A DNA stretch of 64,000 bases from contig OZ024742.1 in the NCBI GenBank assembly GCA_964016885.1, positions 59,768,001 through 59,832,000 of the forward strand, written 5' to 3'. Positions 27,406 through 39,289 of the stretch are shown here, piece by piece. Below the pieces are notes generated by a model. The model searched no databases and had not been told where the DNA came from. It saw only the letters and a program-made list of their open reading frames with translations. Made by a program: the position numbers and the translations under genes. Numbering within the stretch: the stretch's first letter is position 1; every line of letters begins with the position of its first letter. This stretch comes from Eledone cirrhosa (taxonomy: Eukaryota).

Positions 27406-28570
27406 CAGGATAAATAATACTCATTAAATACTGGTGTGGATTCTTGATCTTTAACGTTTTCTCACATTTTCACTTTCGCCTTCTCTCTCACTCTATCTTT
27501 CTCTGAAAGAAATAGGTTGTGTCCAGGCCATTGGTACTGACATTGGTACTGGCCATTGGTACAGGCCATTGGTACTGACATTGCCCTGCAAATCTATTCG
27601 GACTAAAAGGCTCTTGACATGATAAATTTTCAAGAAAACTTCGGAGAAAATTATGAGACATTATCTGTATGTGCCAATGAATATTCATCGTTATTGAAAC
27701 TACAACATAGTGGAACAGATGTGTCTTACAATTCATATATAGTGTCCTGTGGATACAGCATGTTTAAAAGTTTAAGAAGTTGTTTTCCCGATCATTATGT
27801 CTGGATTCGACTATACTTGTGTCATTTACCACAGCTTCGGTTCGACTCATGCCTTGTGAATAAAATTGTGTAGACAGAACATGGCTTGAAGCCCGTAGGG
27901 TTTTGTTGTAAGGCAAGGAAGGGTGCAGGAGAAAGGGACAAAGAGTACAATTTAATTGTTGCTCCTAAACCTGACATCATTATTTATTCAATATTTGCTG
28001 AAATAAAACAAAATACAATATTCAAAATTAAACTTTTATGAACTTTACAGTAATATAAGTGCTGTAGCAAAAGCATGTTTAAGAATCTCTTATCTGTACA
28101 GGCCCCTGATTTGCAAGAAATAGCAGTCAAGTATCTCAAAGTGTGTACACTACCGCTTTTTAAAAGAAGTGTGAGATATATCAGTAAATAGTTGCTGAAA
28201 AAAAACAACAACATGTAAACACACAAAGGTGAAACGAAATAAACAAATTATGACGAGCTGGTAACGGCTGGGATACATTGGATTACAGGTCAGTGCAATC
28301 GAAATTAATTCGTGACCTAAAAAATAACAATAACAATGTACCATAACAGCTGAAATTCTTATATCATTGTCACTAGCTAGAAAATCAATTTGAACATGGG
28401 AATATAAATAATCAACCGATTCGACCGAATGAATTGCAATTGCTGATGTTGATGTTTTGCCTGATATCATTGTAGTAGACGAGGCTGATAATCATGAGAG
28501 TACATAGGTGAAACTATAGAGAAGTAAGAGGCATCTCTTAGACATAAGAAAGTATATTATTAAGCTCTAC

Positions 28571-28762
28571 GGGTGGTGGATTAGCAGTATCGGTAGAGGG
28601 TCGGACGCGATGCTTTGCAGCATAAGGTTACGGCCCTTTATGATCTGAGTTCAAATCCCGCTGAGGTTAACTTTGCCTTTCATCCTACGGGGTCGAGAAA
28701 ATACAGTACCAGTAATGTACTGTGATAATTGCTGGCCTTGTGCCAAAAAAAGAGAAACAATT
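28571..28762 (+). mobile_element. tRNA-derived SINE, full length
   Basis: A and B boxes and Meta-like core; target-site duplication attattaagctctac. Confidence 0.9.
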
Positions 28763-28921
28763 ATTAAGCTCTACTTTGGTATTGAGTATCAATCTCGTGA
28801 CCGTCAGAATAAACACACATACATACGGATACACACACACATATATGTGTGTGTGTATGTGTGCGTGCGTATGCACTTTTGTATATATGTATACATGCAT
28901 ACAAATATACGCACACAGATA

Positions 28922-29000
<79 letters not shown>

Positions 29001-29221
29001 CGTTTCTGAATTTGTTTAGCAAGATTCTTTATCTGAAATCGTGTGTTGAAACCGATATTGTTATACTTTGGGAGGGTCATGTTGCCAATAAGAAACACAC
29101 GCACCAGTTGCTTTCACTTCAATTTAATTTATTAAATATTTATAAGTTTACAAATTTATAAATCTATAAATTTCTGGTTGGTTGGTTGGTTCCACAACCA
29201 GATAGTTGTTTATATATATAT

Positions 29222-29266
29222 AGTCATAGTTCTTTCGTCACACACTCTGTGACCTCTTCAGTGACT
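29222..29266 (-). ncRNA. Mirror copy of the hammerhead at 30672-30716
   Basis: Exact reverse complement within the palindrome. Confidence 0.85.
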
Positions 29267-29949
29267 GGGGATTTCTTTCTTCGTTTCTGTGCCTTTCCTT
29301 TCTTCTATCCTACGCCATTTTGTTTGTGTGTGGGTTGCGTGCTCAGTTTGCGCATGCACCACATCCGGGTGTCTGTGTGTGTGTTTGTGTTCATTTTTCT
29401 ATTTTTCTATTTATATTTTTCTATTTGTTTGTTTATTTATTTATTTATTGTTGGTTGGTTGTTTGTTCTATGTGTGTGTGTGTTTTCATTTTGTCTTGTG
29501 TGTGTTTTCAATTGTAAGTTGTTTGTTCTATGTGTGTGTGTGTTTTCATTTTGTCCTTAATTGTAAGTTGTGATGTTGCTGTTCCACTCATATTTTCTAT
29601 TTAATTTTGGTTTTAATTCTTTTATGCTTACTGCCTCTGTAATTTGCCTAAACATTGCGTCTTTCTTGTGTGTGGATTCTATTTTTATTTCTATGCTCTC
29701 TAATTTACCCCTGTGTTCTATCTTAGCATGTTGGTAGAGCACAGATGATTCTTTACTATCTTGGAGGTCTCGCCAGTGTTCATTTATTCGTTCCCCTATA
29801 CTACGAGCTGTCTCACCTATGTACACTACATTTTTGTTTCTACATTGTCCTTCAGTACATCTTATGCTATATACTACATTTCTAGTTTTACAGTTAATAT
29901 GGGGGCTTATTTTACAGGTTATGCATTTCTTATCTATACATGAGGGTCT

Positions 29950-30381
29950 TTGGAACGGGTATGTCTATACAAGACATACCCGTTCCAAAGACCCTCATGT
30001 ATAGATAAGAAATGCATAACCTGTAAAATAAGCCCCAATATTAACTGTAAAACTAGAAATGTAGTATATAGCATAAGATGTACTGAAGGACAATGTAGAA
30101 ACAAAAATGTAGTGTACATAGGTGAGACAGCTCGTAGTATAGGGGAACGAATAAATGAACACTGGCGAGACCTCCAAGATAGTAAAGAATCATCTGTGCT
30201 CTACCAACATGCTAAGATAGAACACAGGGGTAAATTAGAGAGCATAGAAATAAAAATAGAATCCACACACAAGAAAGACGCAATGTTTAGGCAAATTACA
30301 GAGGCAGTAAGCATAAAAGAATTAAAACCAAAATTAAATAGAAAATATGAGTGGAACAGCAACATCACAACTTACAATTAA
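29950..30381 (+). pseudogene. PLE C-terminal Cys linker plus GIY-YIG endonuclease, uninterrupted but 5'-truncated (mirror copy 29557-29966 on the minus strand)
   Basis: C..KKCITC...NCKTRNVVYSIRC...YIGETARSIGERINEH...H...RQITEAV.I....P.LN. There is no native start codon; the ORF opens inside the opposite arm. Confidence 0.9.
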
Positions 30382-30671
30382 GGACAAAATGAAAACACAC
30401 ACACACATAGAACAAACAACTTACAATTGAAAACACACACAAGACAAAATGAAAACACACACACACATAGAACAAACAACCAACCAACAATAAATAAATA
30501 AATAAACAAACAAATAGAAAAATATAAATAGAAAAATAGAAAAATGAACACAAACACACACACAGACACCCGGATGTGGTGCATGCGCAAACTGAGCACG
30601 CAACCCACACACAAACAAAATGGCGTAGGATAGAAGAAAGGAAAGGCACAGAAACGAAGAAAGAAATCCCC

Positions 30672-30716
30672 AGTCACTGAAGAGGTCACAGAGTGTGTGA
30701 CGAAAGAACTATGACT
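30672..30716 (+). ncRNA. Minimal type-I hammerhead ribozyme in the PLE 3' region
   Basis: agtca CTGAAGA g gtcaca-gagtg-tgtgac GAAA gaact A tgact. Stem I is 5 bp, stem II is 6 bp, and the triplet is CUA. Confidence 0.85.
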
Positions 30717-30875
30717 ATATATATATAAACAACTATCTGGTTGTGGAACCAACCAACCAACCAGAAATTTATAGATTTATAAATTTGTAAACTTATAAAT
30801 ATTTAATAAATTAAATTGAAGTGAAAGCAACTGGTGCGTGTGTTTCTTATTGGCAACATGACCCTCCCAAAGTAT

Positions 30876-30907
<32 letters not shown>

Positions 30908-30911
<4 letters not shown>

Positions 30912-31095
30912 TATTTAATATAGAAATTGCTTCTATAGGACTAGAAATGTTTCATTAGTATGAAATCATCAGGATTTAAGAATCCTGTTGATTTCTTACG
31001 AATGAAACAGTTTTAGTCCTGTAGAAGCGACTTCTATATTACACATGATGTTTACACTCTATTAGTGCATTGAATACCGTTTTAACTATGATTAC
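30908..31095. mobile_element. Older fold-back (palindrome 30908-31049 plus tail) of hammerhead-bearing family D
   Basis: Centre aggatt-taag-aatcct. Each arm reads CTG(A/T)TGA tttc-NNNN-(g/t)aat GAAAC... Homologous to 55140-55273(-). Confidence 0.8.
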
Positions 31096-31146
31096 CCCCA
31101 TTTTAACTCAGGATCTACACGCACACACTCACACACACACACGTAC

Positions 31147-31235
<89 letters not shown>

Positions 31236-31789
31236 TTATATATATCTTTCAAAATGACCCGTTTTAGTTTAACTAATAATGATGGAGCTCTGTTATAATA
31301 TACCAGCACGTGATGAAGTATAATCGCCAGTTTAAAAAAAAGTAATAGCTAACAACATGTCTAAAAAAACGAATTCATTTTCCCAACTATAATCAATACC
31401 AAAGATACAATTCGATAGCAGAAACAATCTTGGTGAAGGACAACCATCAAAGTGGAGTTCTTTGTTATATGAGCTAAAGCGTATATTTCAATATATCTAT
31501 TATTTATTCAATCATCTATTGTTTTGTTTCGCCCCCCCACCCCTACCACACCCCCCACACCTCCCCTCGACCAAGCATTCACATATACATTCACATTGAA
31601 TCAATTGAAATTTTGCACAGTGACTGACATCACTAACGACAACAACAACAACAGCAATAACAATAACAACTTCACTCATGCAGCTGTCCCTTCGTTATTG
31701 TTTCGATTTGAAGTTTTCTCTCTTACAACTCTTCTTGCTTCTCGCCATTCATACCACTCTCATAGTTCGCCGTTGTTATCATCGTGATC

Positions 31790-32212
31790 TATGTATTCAT
31801 CATCATTATCATCTTCCTACTCCACCCTGTGCTTCTCATTCTTCTTCTCTTCTACTCTTACCCCTCCTCTTCTTCCACCTCCTCATCATGATCGTGGGCG
31901 TAGTCGTTGCCATCATCATCATCATCATCATCATGTTTATCATCATCATAATTTTCATCGTCATCAACATTAACACCATCATCAATCTTTAATCTCTTCT
32001 TCCTCGCCTGATCATGCTGATCATCATCATCATCACCATCATTATCATCGGCATTCCCATTATTATCATCATAAAACCACTACCATTACTCAACAACATC
32101 ATCATGTTTATCATTATATTATTCATTATCATCAACCCCAACATAATCATCATTATCATCACCACCAACTGAAACAGCATCAGTAGTATTACCACAATTA
32201 TCTCCATCATCA
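31790..32212. repeat. Degenerate (CAT)n/(ATT)n trinucleotide low-complexity tract
   Basis: Direct inspection of the sequence. Confidence 0.9.
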
Positions 32213-32488
32213 CACATATTGAATGCGTTATTGAATAAGTTATATGCTAAGACTCGTGTTATAATATATATATGAGAAGTCATATATAGGTTTGAAGTTA
32301 CGTCTCCTCCTTACTTCTCTTTCTCCGCCCCTTAGGCTCCCAATCTATCAATTCTGCTTCCCCTCCATTACCCTTTTCTCCATCTCGTTATTTCTGGTAT
32401 AGGGATCAAATAGAAGCTGTTCAAATATTTTTTTTATTTTTACAGAGTCAGTTGTATGCACACCATCGCAGCCAATCTGAGCCCCCAA

Positions 32489-32675
32489 ATAATTGTTCCT
32501 ACTTTTGGCACAAGGCCAGCAATTACCCTACTGGATTACAGGTGCTCTATTTTATCGACCCTGTAAGGATGAAAGCCAACGTTAACCTCGGCGGGATTTT
32601 AACTCAGAACTTAAGGGCCATAACTCTACGCTGCAAAGCATGGTGTCTGACGCTCTACCGATATGACCAATCCAC
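32489..32675 (-). mobile_element. tRNA-derived SINE
   Basis: Same family; flanking duplication cccaaataat. Confidence 0.85.
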
Positions 32676-33693
32676 CTCCCGAATACCCAAATAATGATAA
32701 TTGTTTTTAAATGTAATTTAAGAATAAATATATATTCAACCTATCAGTAAAATAAATTCCATTTTGTTGGCTAAAACAATTTGTAGATTAAGAAACTTTG
32801 AGACCGGGGCTGCTTATCCGTTCGGCAGGTGCACTCTTATATCTTAACTAACCATCATATCTGGTGGCTGTATCGCTAACCACCATCTGCGATCCGTTCT
32901 CTAACAGAACAGCCCTGTCAAAAACTCTCCTGTTCATCATGAACAGGATTGACATGTGCGGCCAGGTTGGAAGTGGAAACATGACTGGCAGGTGTAAGAT
33001 TATTCAGCTGTAATTTTCAGACTACATGATACTACTAAACTCGTCAGAACCTGATCAATTTATATGTTTGATATTGAGTGCAGCATGGGTGGAATGAAAA
33101 TAAGTGGTGCGAAGACTGAGACACTCGTCTTTTCAGTCTGTTCTGCATGTGAATGGAATTTCGCTGAAGCATGTGGAGAAGATCAAATAACTCGGGGCCG
33201 TGTGATGAAAGGCAGGAGAATGAATTAAGTGCAAGATTTGCAGGAGCTGTGCACCAGAAACCTTCCACTCACATACACCAGCACATGGATAAACCTCCAT
33301 AAATGCGCATGAACATGCGCACTAGAAAACACACGCACAAATACACACACACACACACACACACTGACCAACTACACATTCAAGGAGTTAACACTACGAA
33401 AACCCACTAACATGCATATGTGTCTGATCAGGCAGTCTGCTAATATGCAAATCAGGCCGATGAGCCACTGTATATTTCAGAAAATATATATTTTTACTAG
33501 CTCTGACAGACGGCAGGTAAACAGTATACGTTATTGATCTAGGGTAATCACCCAGAAACATTAGTGTCTGCGGTTCTCTTTATATGCCAACACAAGAGCA
33601 AGAATGACGGAGTCATTCTACTGACATGGCGTAAAGGGGTTGTTCCCATAATATTGCAAACGAATAGAATATTCGAAAAACTCAAATTACATA

Positions 33694-33784
<91 letters not shown>

Positions 33785-34430
33785 CATCTACAAAATCACT
33801 GATGGGCAGATGATCCCAGTAAAGTAATCTAAAGTAAAAAACTTCACAGGCATTTTCCCCTAGGAATAGAGACTTAAATGAGAAACCTAAAGCTAAAGGG
33901 CTTCACTAAGTTACTATTCTGCAGTTTCCAAGTCCAGGAAACAGTACTGACCATCCTGTCAGTGATTTGTATAAGATATTCTATATGTATTTGCTTCACT
34001 GAATTAGCGATCCTTATATATATATATGTGTGTGTAAATGAAGTAATTCCGTCGGAAAAGTCCAGGAAAAAGGAGTGCTCTATGTAGGTAACAGTTTTAA
34101 AATCTAACGCCATCCCTTCCCTCCTTAACCTCTCACATATACGATGATCATCTGTCCAAAAGCTGCCTACTATATTTTTTCACTTCCTCAATGTATTTCT
34201 CTCTCCCATATCTCCTTTTCTCTTTATCTCGCTCTGTTGTTTTCTTTACATACATCTCTTCATCTTCTTCTTTTTTTATTTACATACATCTCTTCATCTT
34301 CTTCTTCTCATCTTCGTTTTTCTTTCTATATAACTGTCATTACAGTTTCACTACCAAATCAACTTTTTAAATGGAAGTTGCATTATTACAAGGTATGTCA
34401 CTAATTATTTATAAAACAGCTTATGTATTG

Positions 34431-34496
34431 TATTTTGTCTGAGGAAGGCATACCATATTTTTAATATGATATCCCAGAAATATATATAACGAAATA
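34431..34496 (+). ncRNA. Type-I hammerhead ribozyme, family C
   Basis: tattttgt CTGAGGA ...catatt-ttt-aatatg... GAAA TATATATA acgaaata; same flanks as the copy at 11834. Confidence 0.75.
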
Positions 34497-34536
34497 AATA
34501 TGGTTTTATAAATATAGTTTCCATTTGTATAATATC

Positions 34537-34573
<37 letters not shown>

Positions 34574-34744
34574 GAAGTCTCTCGTCGAAAACGACGTGTA
34601 AATGTTCAATACATGATAAAGCAAACGCAGACCAGATTTTGACGCCTCATGTGGAAACTACTATTTCATTTATGTATTTTTCTAATAGGGAGTCCAAGCT
34701 TCAGTCCAATATAAGAGAGTCGTAAGAACAGCAGCTTTATAGAT

Positions 34745-35000
34745 ATTAACACTTCTTTTAATCGACATTGTAAATTTTCCATAGTTTACCATAAAGTTTA
34801 CCAGAAGCTGAACTTGCATTTATTATGCATATTTCGGTTTTCTTGCCTAACATTGAATCAGTAATTACAGTTGATCTAGGATATGTAAAAGTACTGAATG
34901 TCTTCAGAGTTTTGTCAACATAAATTCGTGGCAGAATTTCGAGGCAATTTCCTGGACTTGGTTGAAACATGTTTAGACATCTTTATGCTTATTGTTAGTC
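34745..35000 (-). mobile_element. RTE-type LINE fragment
   Basis: MFQPSPG...I.V....LK....FTY..S...I..ASSA.GKL...LW. Confidence 0.65.
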
Positions 35001-35029
35001 GAATTGCTCGGGCTGCTGAAGCAAATTTA

Positions 35030-35553
35030 TCAATCGTAATATATCTGAAAACATTTGTTGAAACAGATTGTGTTATACTTTGGGAGGGCCATGCTGCCAA
35101 TAAAAAAAGAAAAAAAAACTCGCACCTGTTGGGTTTCACTTCAATTTATTATTATAACTTCCCAGTCGATTATTTGGTTGTTTATTTGTTGATTGTGAAA
35201 GTTCATTCGTCATACATACTCTCATTGTTAATTTGTATCTTTCCTTTGTTATTATTTTTACACCATATTGATTTCGTGAACTCTGTAATTGGGCTGCGCA
35301 TCTGTTTTTGTTTGTGTTTATTTTATTTGTTTATTTATTTATACATTTATATATTTATATATTTATATATTTATATTATGGCCTCTGTTTCCTACCTGTG
35401 AATAGTTAGTTACTTTTTCTATCTGTGTGTGTGTGTGTGTGCGTGCGTGTGTAAAAGGGAGGTGGGTGGGTATGTTCACCTTCTTAGTTTTGTTCTTGTG
35501 CGTCTTTACAGGGTTTTTTATTGTTGGTAGCATGGCCCTTCCAGTATGTACAA

Positions 35554-35555
<2 letters not shown>
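35030..35555. mobile_element. Old non-coding fold-back copy related to PLE family A
   Basis: 35040-35150 is homologous to 29030-29125. Segment 35068-35105 is inverted at about 35515-35553, followed by (TA)n. Confidence 0.7.
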
Positions 35556-35599
<44 letters not shown>

Positions 35600-36021
35600 T
35601 TGTACATACGAAAATGACATTAATTAATAATATTGCCTCTCAGTAGACAGCATCTATCAAGAATATGAAGACAGTGGAAACATAGTCATGTTGCTCTATT
35701 CCCGATATTTTGTAGAATAACAGTGTAGGAGAAGCTCGTGAACGTAAGCTAACGAGAGGCATAACTCCCCTGCACGAATTTCTTTCGCAAAATGAAATGA
35801 ATGCCTCATACTACAATTATGGATATATCAATGGCAGCTGTTGATTTATGAAAATATACTGATAATAAGGATAAAATGACATTTCCACAGTGATACATCA
35901 ATATAACAAGTGTTCAAAGTGAGAGGTTTACAAAAAATGAATTATATATATATACATATATAGATAGATACATGTGTGTATGTGTGAGTGTGTGTGTGTG
36001 TGTGTGTGAATGTATGCGTGC

Positions 36022-36052
<31 letters not shown>

Positions 36053-36298
36053 TGTGTGTCCGTATGTAAGGTAGTTCATATATATATTTCCAGAGGGTGC
36101 ATACTTAATATAATCATATATATATATATATAATTTCTTCTTCCCGTATATTTTTTATTTTTTCAATATATTTCCATTGTATTCCTACTTCTCCACAGAA
36201 ATCAGATGAGATCGTCAAGAGTTATTATTTCTGTAGTGGATGGAATCAAGCTACCAATAGCTCTACAAAATATCGACATTATTTTGTTTGTATTATTT

Positions 36299-36490
36299 GG
36301 CGGTGGATTGGCAGTATCGGTTGAGGGTTGGACGCCATGCTTTGCAGCAAAGAGTTACTTCCCTTTACGGACTGAGTTCAAATACCGCCGAGGTTAACTT
36401 TGCCTTTCATCCTTACGGGGTCGATTAAACAACGTACCAGTAATACACTGGGATAATTGCTGGCCTTGTGTCAAAAAGTAGAAACAATTA
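36299..36490 (+). mobile_element. tRNA-derived SINE, full length
   Basis: ggcggtggattggcagtatcgg head, B-box and Meta-like core. Confidence 0.9.
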
Positions 36491-36519
36491 TTTGGATGTG
36501 AATATGTATGTATGTATGT

Positions 36520-37187
36520 CCCATTTGGAGCTCGCCATAAAGCATTTTAATGACTGCATCAAGGGGGCGCTCGAGAAAAGTAACATCCCTTGTCAGCACT
36601 GGGAAGCATGCGCTATCGACCGATCGCATTGGAGGAAAGCAGTGGCTGGTGGAAAGAGTCTATTTGAGGAAACAAGAAGAAGGCACGCGACACTAAAAAG
36701 AGATGTCCGGAAAGGAATCCATGTTGGCCTTCTCGAAGGCACTGACAGAGGCCTGACCTGACATGTGAGACCTGTAATAGCGTTTGTCTGAGCATGGCAG
36801 GACTAAAGAGTCACCTGAGAGTGCACAAGAACAGGGAAGCAGGCACCTGTGGAGCTATAAGTGTTCATCAGACGACGACATGTGATGTTTTTGGAAGGGT
36901 ATGCAGGTCAAGTAGTGATCTCACACGACACCTCGGGTCACATGGTGCCATGGGCCCAGCACTAGGTGTCAATAACTGACACAAGTGTAGTGTTTGTACC
37001 AGAGTTTTCAAGTCGCTGGCTGGACTAAAAAGCCACACTCGTTCAGCGCATCGGTAGGGGTTCTCCTACATGGATATAAAGTAGTGGCCGTACTCGAAAA
37101 CGAGTTGGCAACCACCATGTATGTATGTATGTATGTATGTATGTATGTATGTATGTATGTATGTATGTATGTATGTATGTATGTATG
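36520..37187 (+). mobile_element. RTE-type LINE 3' end with tandem C2H2-like fingers and (ATGT)n tail
   Basis: WEACAIDRSHWRKAV; C..C...CLSMAGLKSHLRVH; two further degenerate fingers. (ATGT)n on both sides. Confidence 0.8.
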
Positions 37188-37526
37188 TTTGTAAGTATTT
37201 ATGTATGTATGTAATGGATTCATTAAATACATATATTTAGTTGTATCCCAAACATACTCACCTGTTTGTAGGAGGGGGAGGTAAATTATTGATGCGTTCT
37301 TTCCAGGTATATTGTGGATATAGACAACTATATACATTCAGATACAGTTTGCTGTTTAAAATCTAAAGGTAATAATTTCTTGTACGGCATATCAGGCGCA
37401 CACACACATTACGCACACTCTCACGCATGAAAACAGACGCACACAGCCATAATGAGAGATAGAGTGATAAAGGTATAAATAAATAAATAAATAAATAAAT
37501 ATATATATATATATATTATATATATA

Positions 37527-37569
<43 letters not shown>

Positions 37570-37570
<1 letters not shown>

Positions 37571-37758
37571 TAAGGCGGGTAAAATATCCCGAGATCCATG
37601 GACGAGTTCTCTCCAGCGGTCTCTGTCCCTCATTATTGCTGCCATGTCCTGCGTCTCCAACAGACCAGTGTCTGTCCTTAGGGCATCCACATACGTTAAC
37701 CTTGGTCTTCCTCTTCTAGTGTGTCCATGTAGGGGCTCCCAAAGGAGCACTGAGTGCA
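37570..37758 (-). mobile_element. RTE-like LINE extreme 3' end
   Basis: VLLWEPLHGHTRRGRPRLTYVDALRTDTGL...MRDRDRWRELV. Confidence 0.75.
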
Positions 37759-37774
37759 ATGTCAAATTTATATA

Positions 37775-39112
37775 TATAGTAATAAAATATATATAGTAAT
37801 AATAATAAATTTGAAGACTAAAATCCAAAGAGGGCTCGATAAGGATAAATATATATCAAATATATAAGAACCGTAGAGCAAATATTTATTAAAATAACAG
37901 ATTAAAGCAAAGAATCGCTGCTTTCACCCTTAACGGGATCTTCTGAAACTAACAAAGTCAATCTGTAAACGCAGAAGTGAATATTTCAAAAAACGTTGCA
38001 ACCGGAGGAAGACAGGAAGACGATACTTTGGTCCCTGGCAAAGAACGGGAAAAAACGAATATAATACGTCATTATTTGGAGCGGTGAAAAACAATTACAC
38101 GCAAAGACAGAACCACGGTTATGGTATGAAAGAAGTCGTAGACCAATATTCTCTTAGGTGGTTCATAGAGACGTTCTCTGGCAATGAACGGAAAAAACGA
38201 AAATAATACGTCATACGTGGAGCGTGGAGAACAATTGCACGCAAAGACAAAACCACGTAAATGGTATAACTGAAGTCGTAGACTAAAATTCTTACTAGGA
38301 AACCGAATGGTTCTCCGCTTCAGAGTTAAGAATAAAGTAAATAAAATACAGAGGTAATTAAAATAAAATAAAATAAATACATACACGCATCCAAATACGT
38401 ACATACACAAGCATACGCGAAAACACTCGCCATAGGTATACAAATACACGCACATATAAATATGTGTGTGTGTGCGTGTAAACAAATAATTAAATAAACG
38501 TATATAAATAAATAAATACGTATATAACAAGCGCACACACATACCTACATGTAAATACACAAATGTTCGGAGACATACGTCAACCAAAACACGAAGTACA
38601 CATATACACACACCCTACATACGTACGAACCCGCATACTCACACAGACGCAAAACTCACGTATACACATAACCAAAAGTATATGTACCAGAATATATAAA
38701 ATATACGCCATAACATATACAATCAAATATACGTACGAGAAAGTATACGTACCTTCACATGACGTATTATCTTCGTTTTTTCCCTTCATTGACAGATAAC
38801 GTCTCTATGAACCACCTAAGAGAATATTGGTCTACGACTTCTTTTATAACATAAACGTGGTTCTGTCTTTGCGTGTAATTGTTTTTCACCGCTCCAAATA
38901 ATGACGTATTATATTCGTTTTTCCCGTTCTTTGCCAGGGAACGTTTCCACGAACCAAAGTATCGTCTTCCTGTCTTCTTCCGGTTGCAACGTTTTTTGAA
39001 ATATTCACTTCTGCGTTTACAGATTGACGTTGTTAGTTTCAGAAGAACCCGTTAAGTGTGAAAGCAGCGATTCTTTGCTTAAACTTTAATCTGTTATTTT
39101 AATAAATAAATA
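37775..39112. mobile_element. Largest copy of fold-back family B (non-coding, pLTR-like)
   Basis: 37883-38215 is inverted at 38759-39112. Internal tandem unit of about 143 bp (38035/38178). Tail at 37775-37883. (TA)n flanks. Confidence 0.85.
39035..39085 (+). ncRNA. Variant hammerhead-like motif of family B (other copies 24338-24388 and 37903-37950 on the minus strand)
   Basis: agttt CAGAAGA (t/a)ccc-gttaa-g(g/t)gt GAAA gca-gcgattctt-tgc T T aaact. Confidence 0.6.
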
Positions 39113-39289
39113 TATATATATATATTGTTATACTTGGGGAGGGTCATGTTGTTGTAATAATATTGCCAGAAATAATAATAGAACACACTCACTGTTTGGT
39201 TGGTTTTCGCTTCTGCATCTTTTATATCTCCGGCAATTAATGTTTATCATTGACTGACCAACAGTCAAAAATACACATATAAATACATA

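Larger units (their letters stand above)
28998..30883. mobile_element. Fold-back Penelope-like insertion (family A): palindrome 29055-30883 with 912-bp arms and a 5-nt loop, plus a tail of about 57 nt on the left
   Basis: Paired positions sum to 59938 and the mirror ORFs are identical. One mismatch was seen (29901/30037). (TA)n on both sides. Confidence 0.95.

Noticed and set aside
27525-27585. Short repeats (g)gccattggtac resembling a CRISPR array
   Set aside because: It is a tandem minisatellite with no unique spacers, no cas genes and a eukaryotic context.
27984-28470. Possible host exons on the minus strand (polypyrimidine-AG sites near 28195 and 28317)
   Set aside because: There is no recognisable domain and no convincing donor sites. 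RNA-seq would be needed.
31791-32213. Poly-His and Met/Ile-rich ORFs
   Set aside because: They derive from a degenerate (CAT)n tract.
32990-33052. CTGACGA...GAAA on the minus strand
   Set aside because: There is no stem I complementarity.
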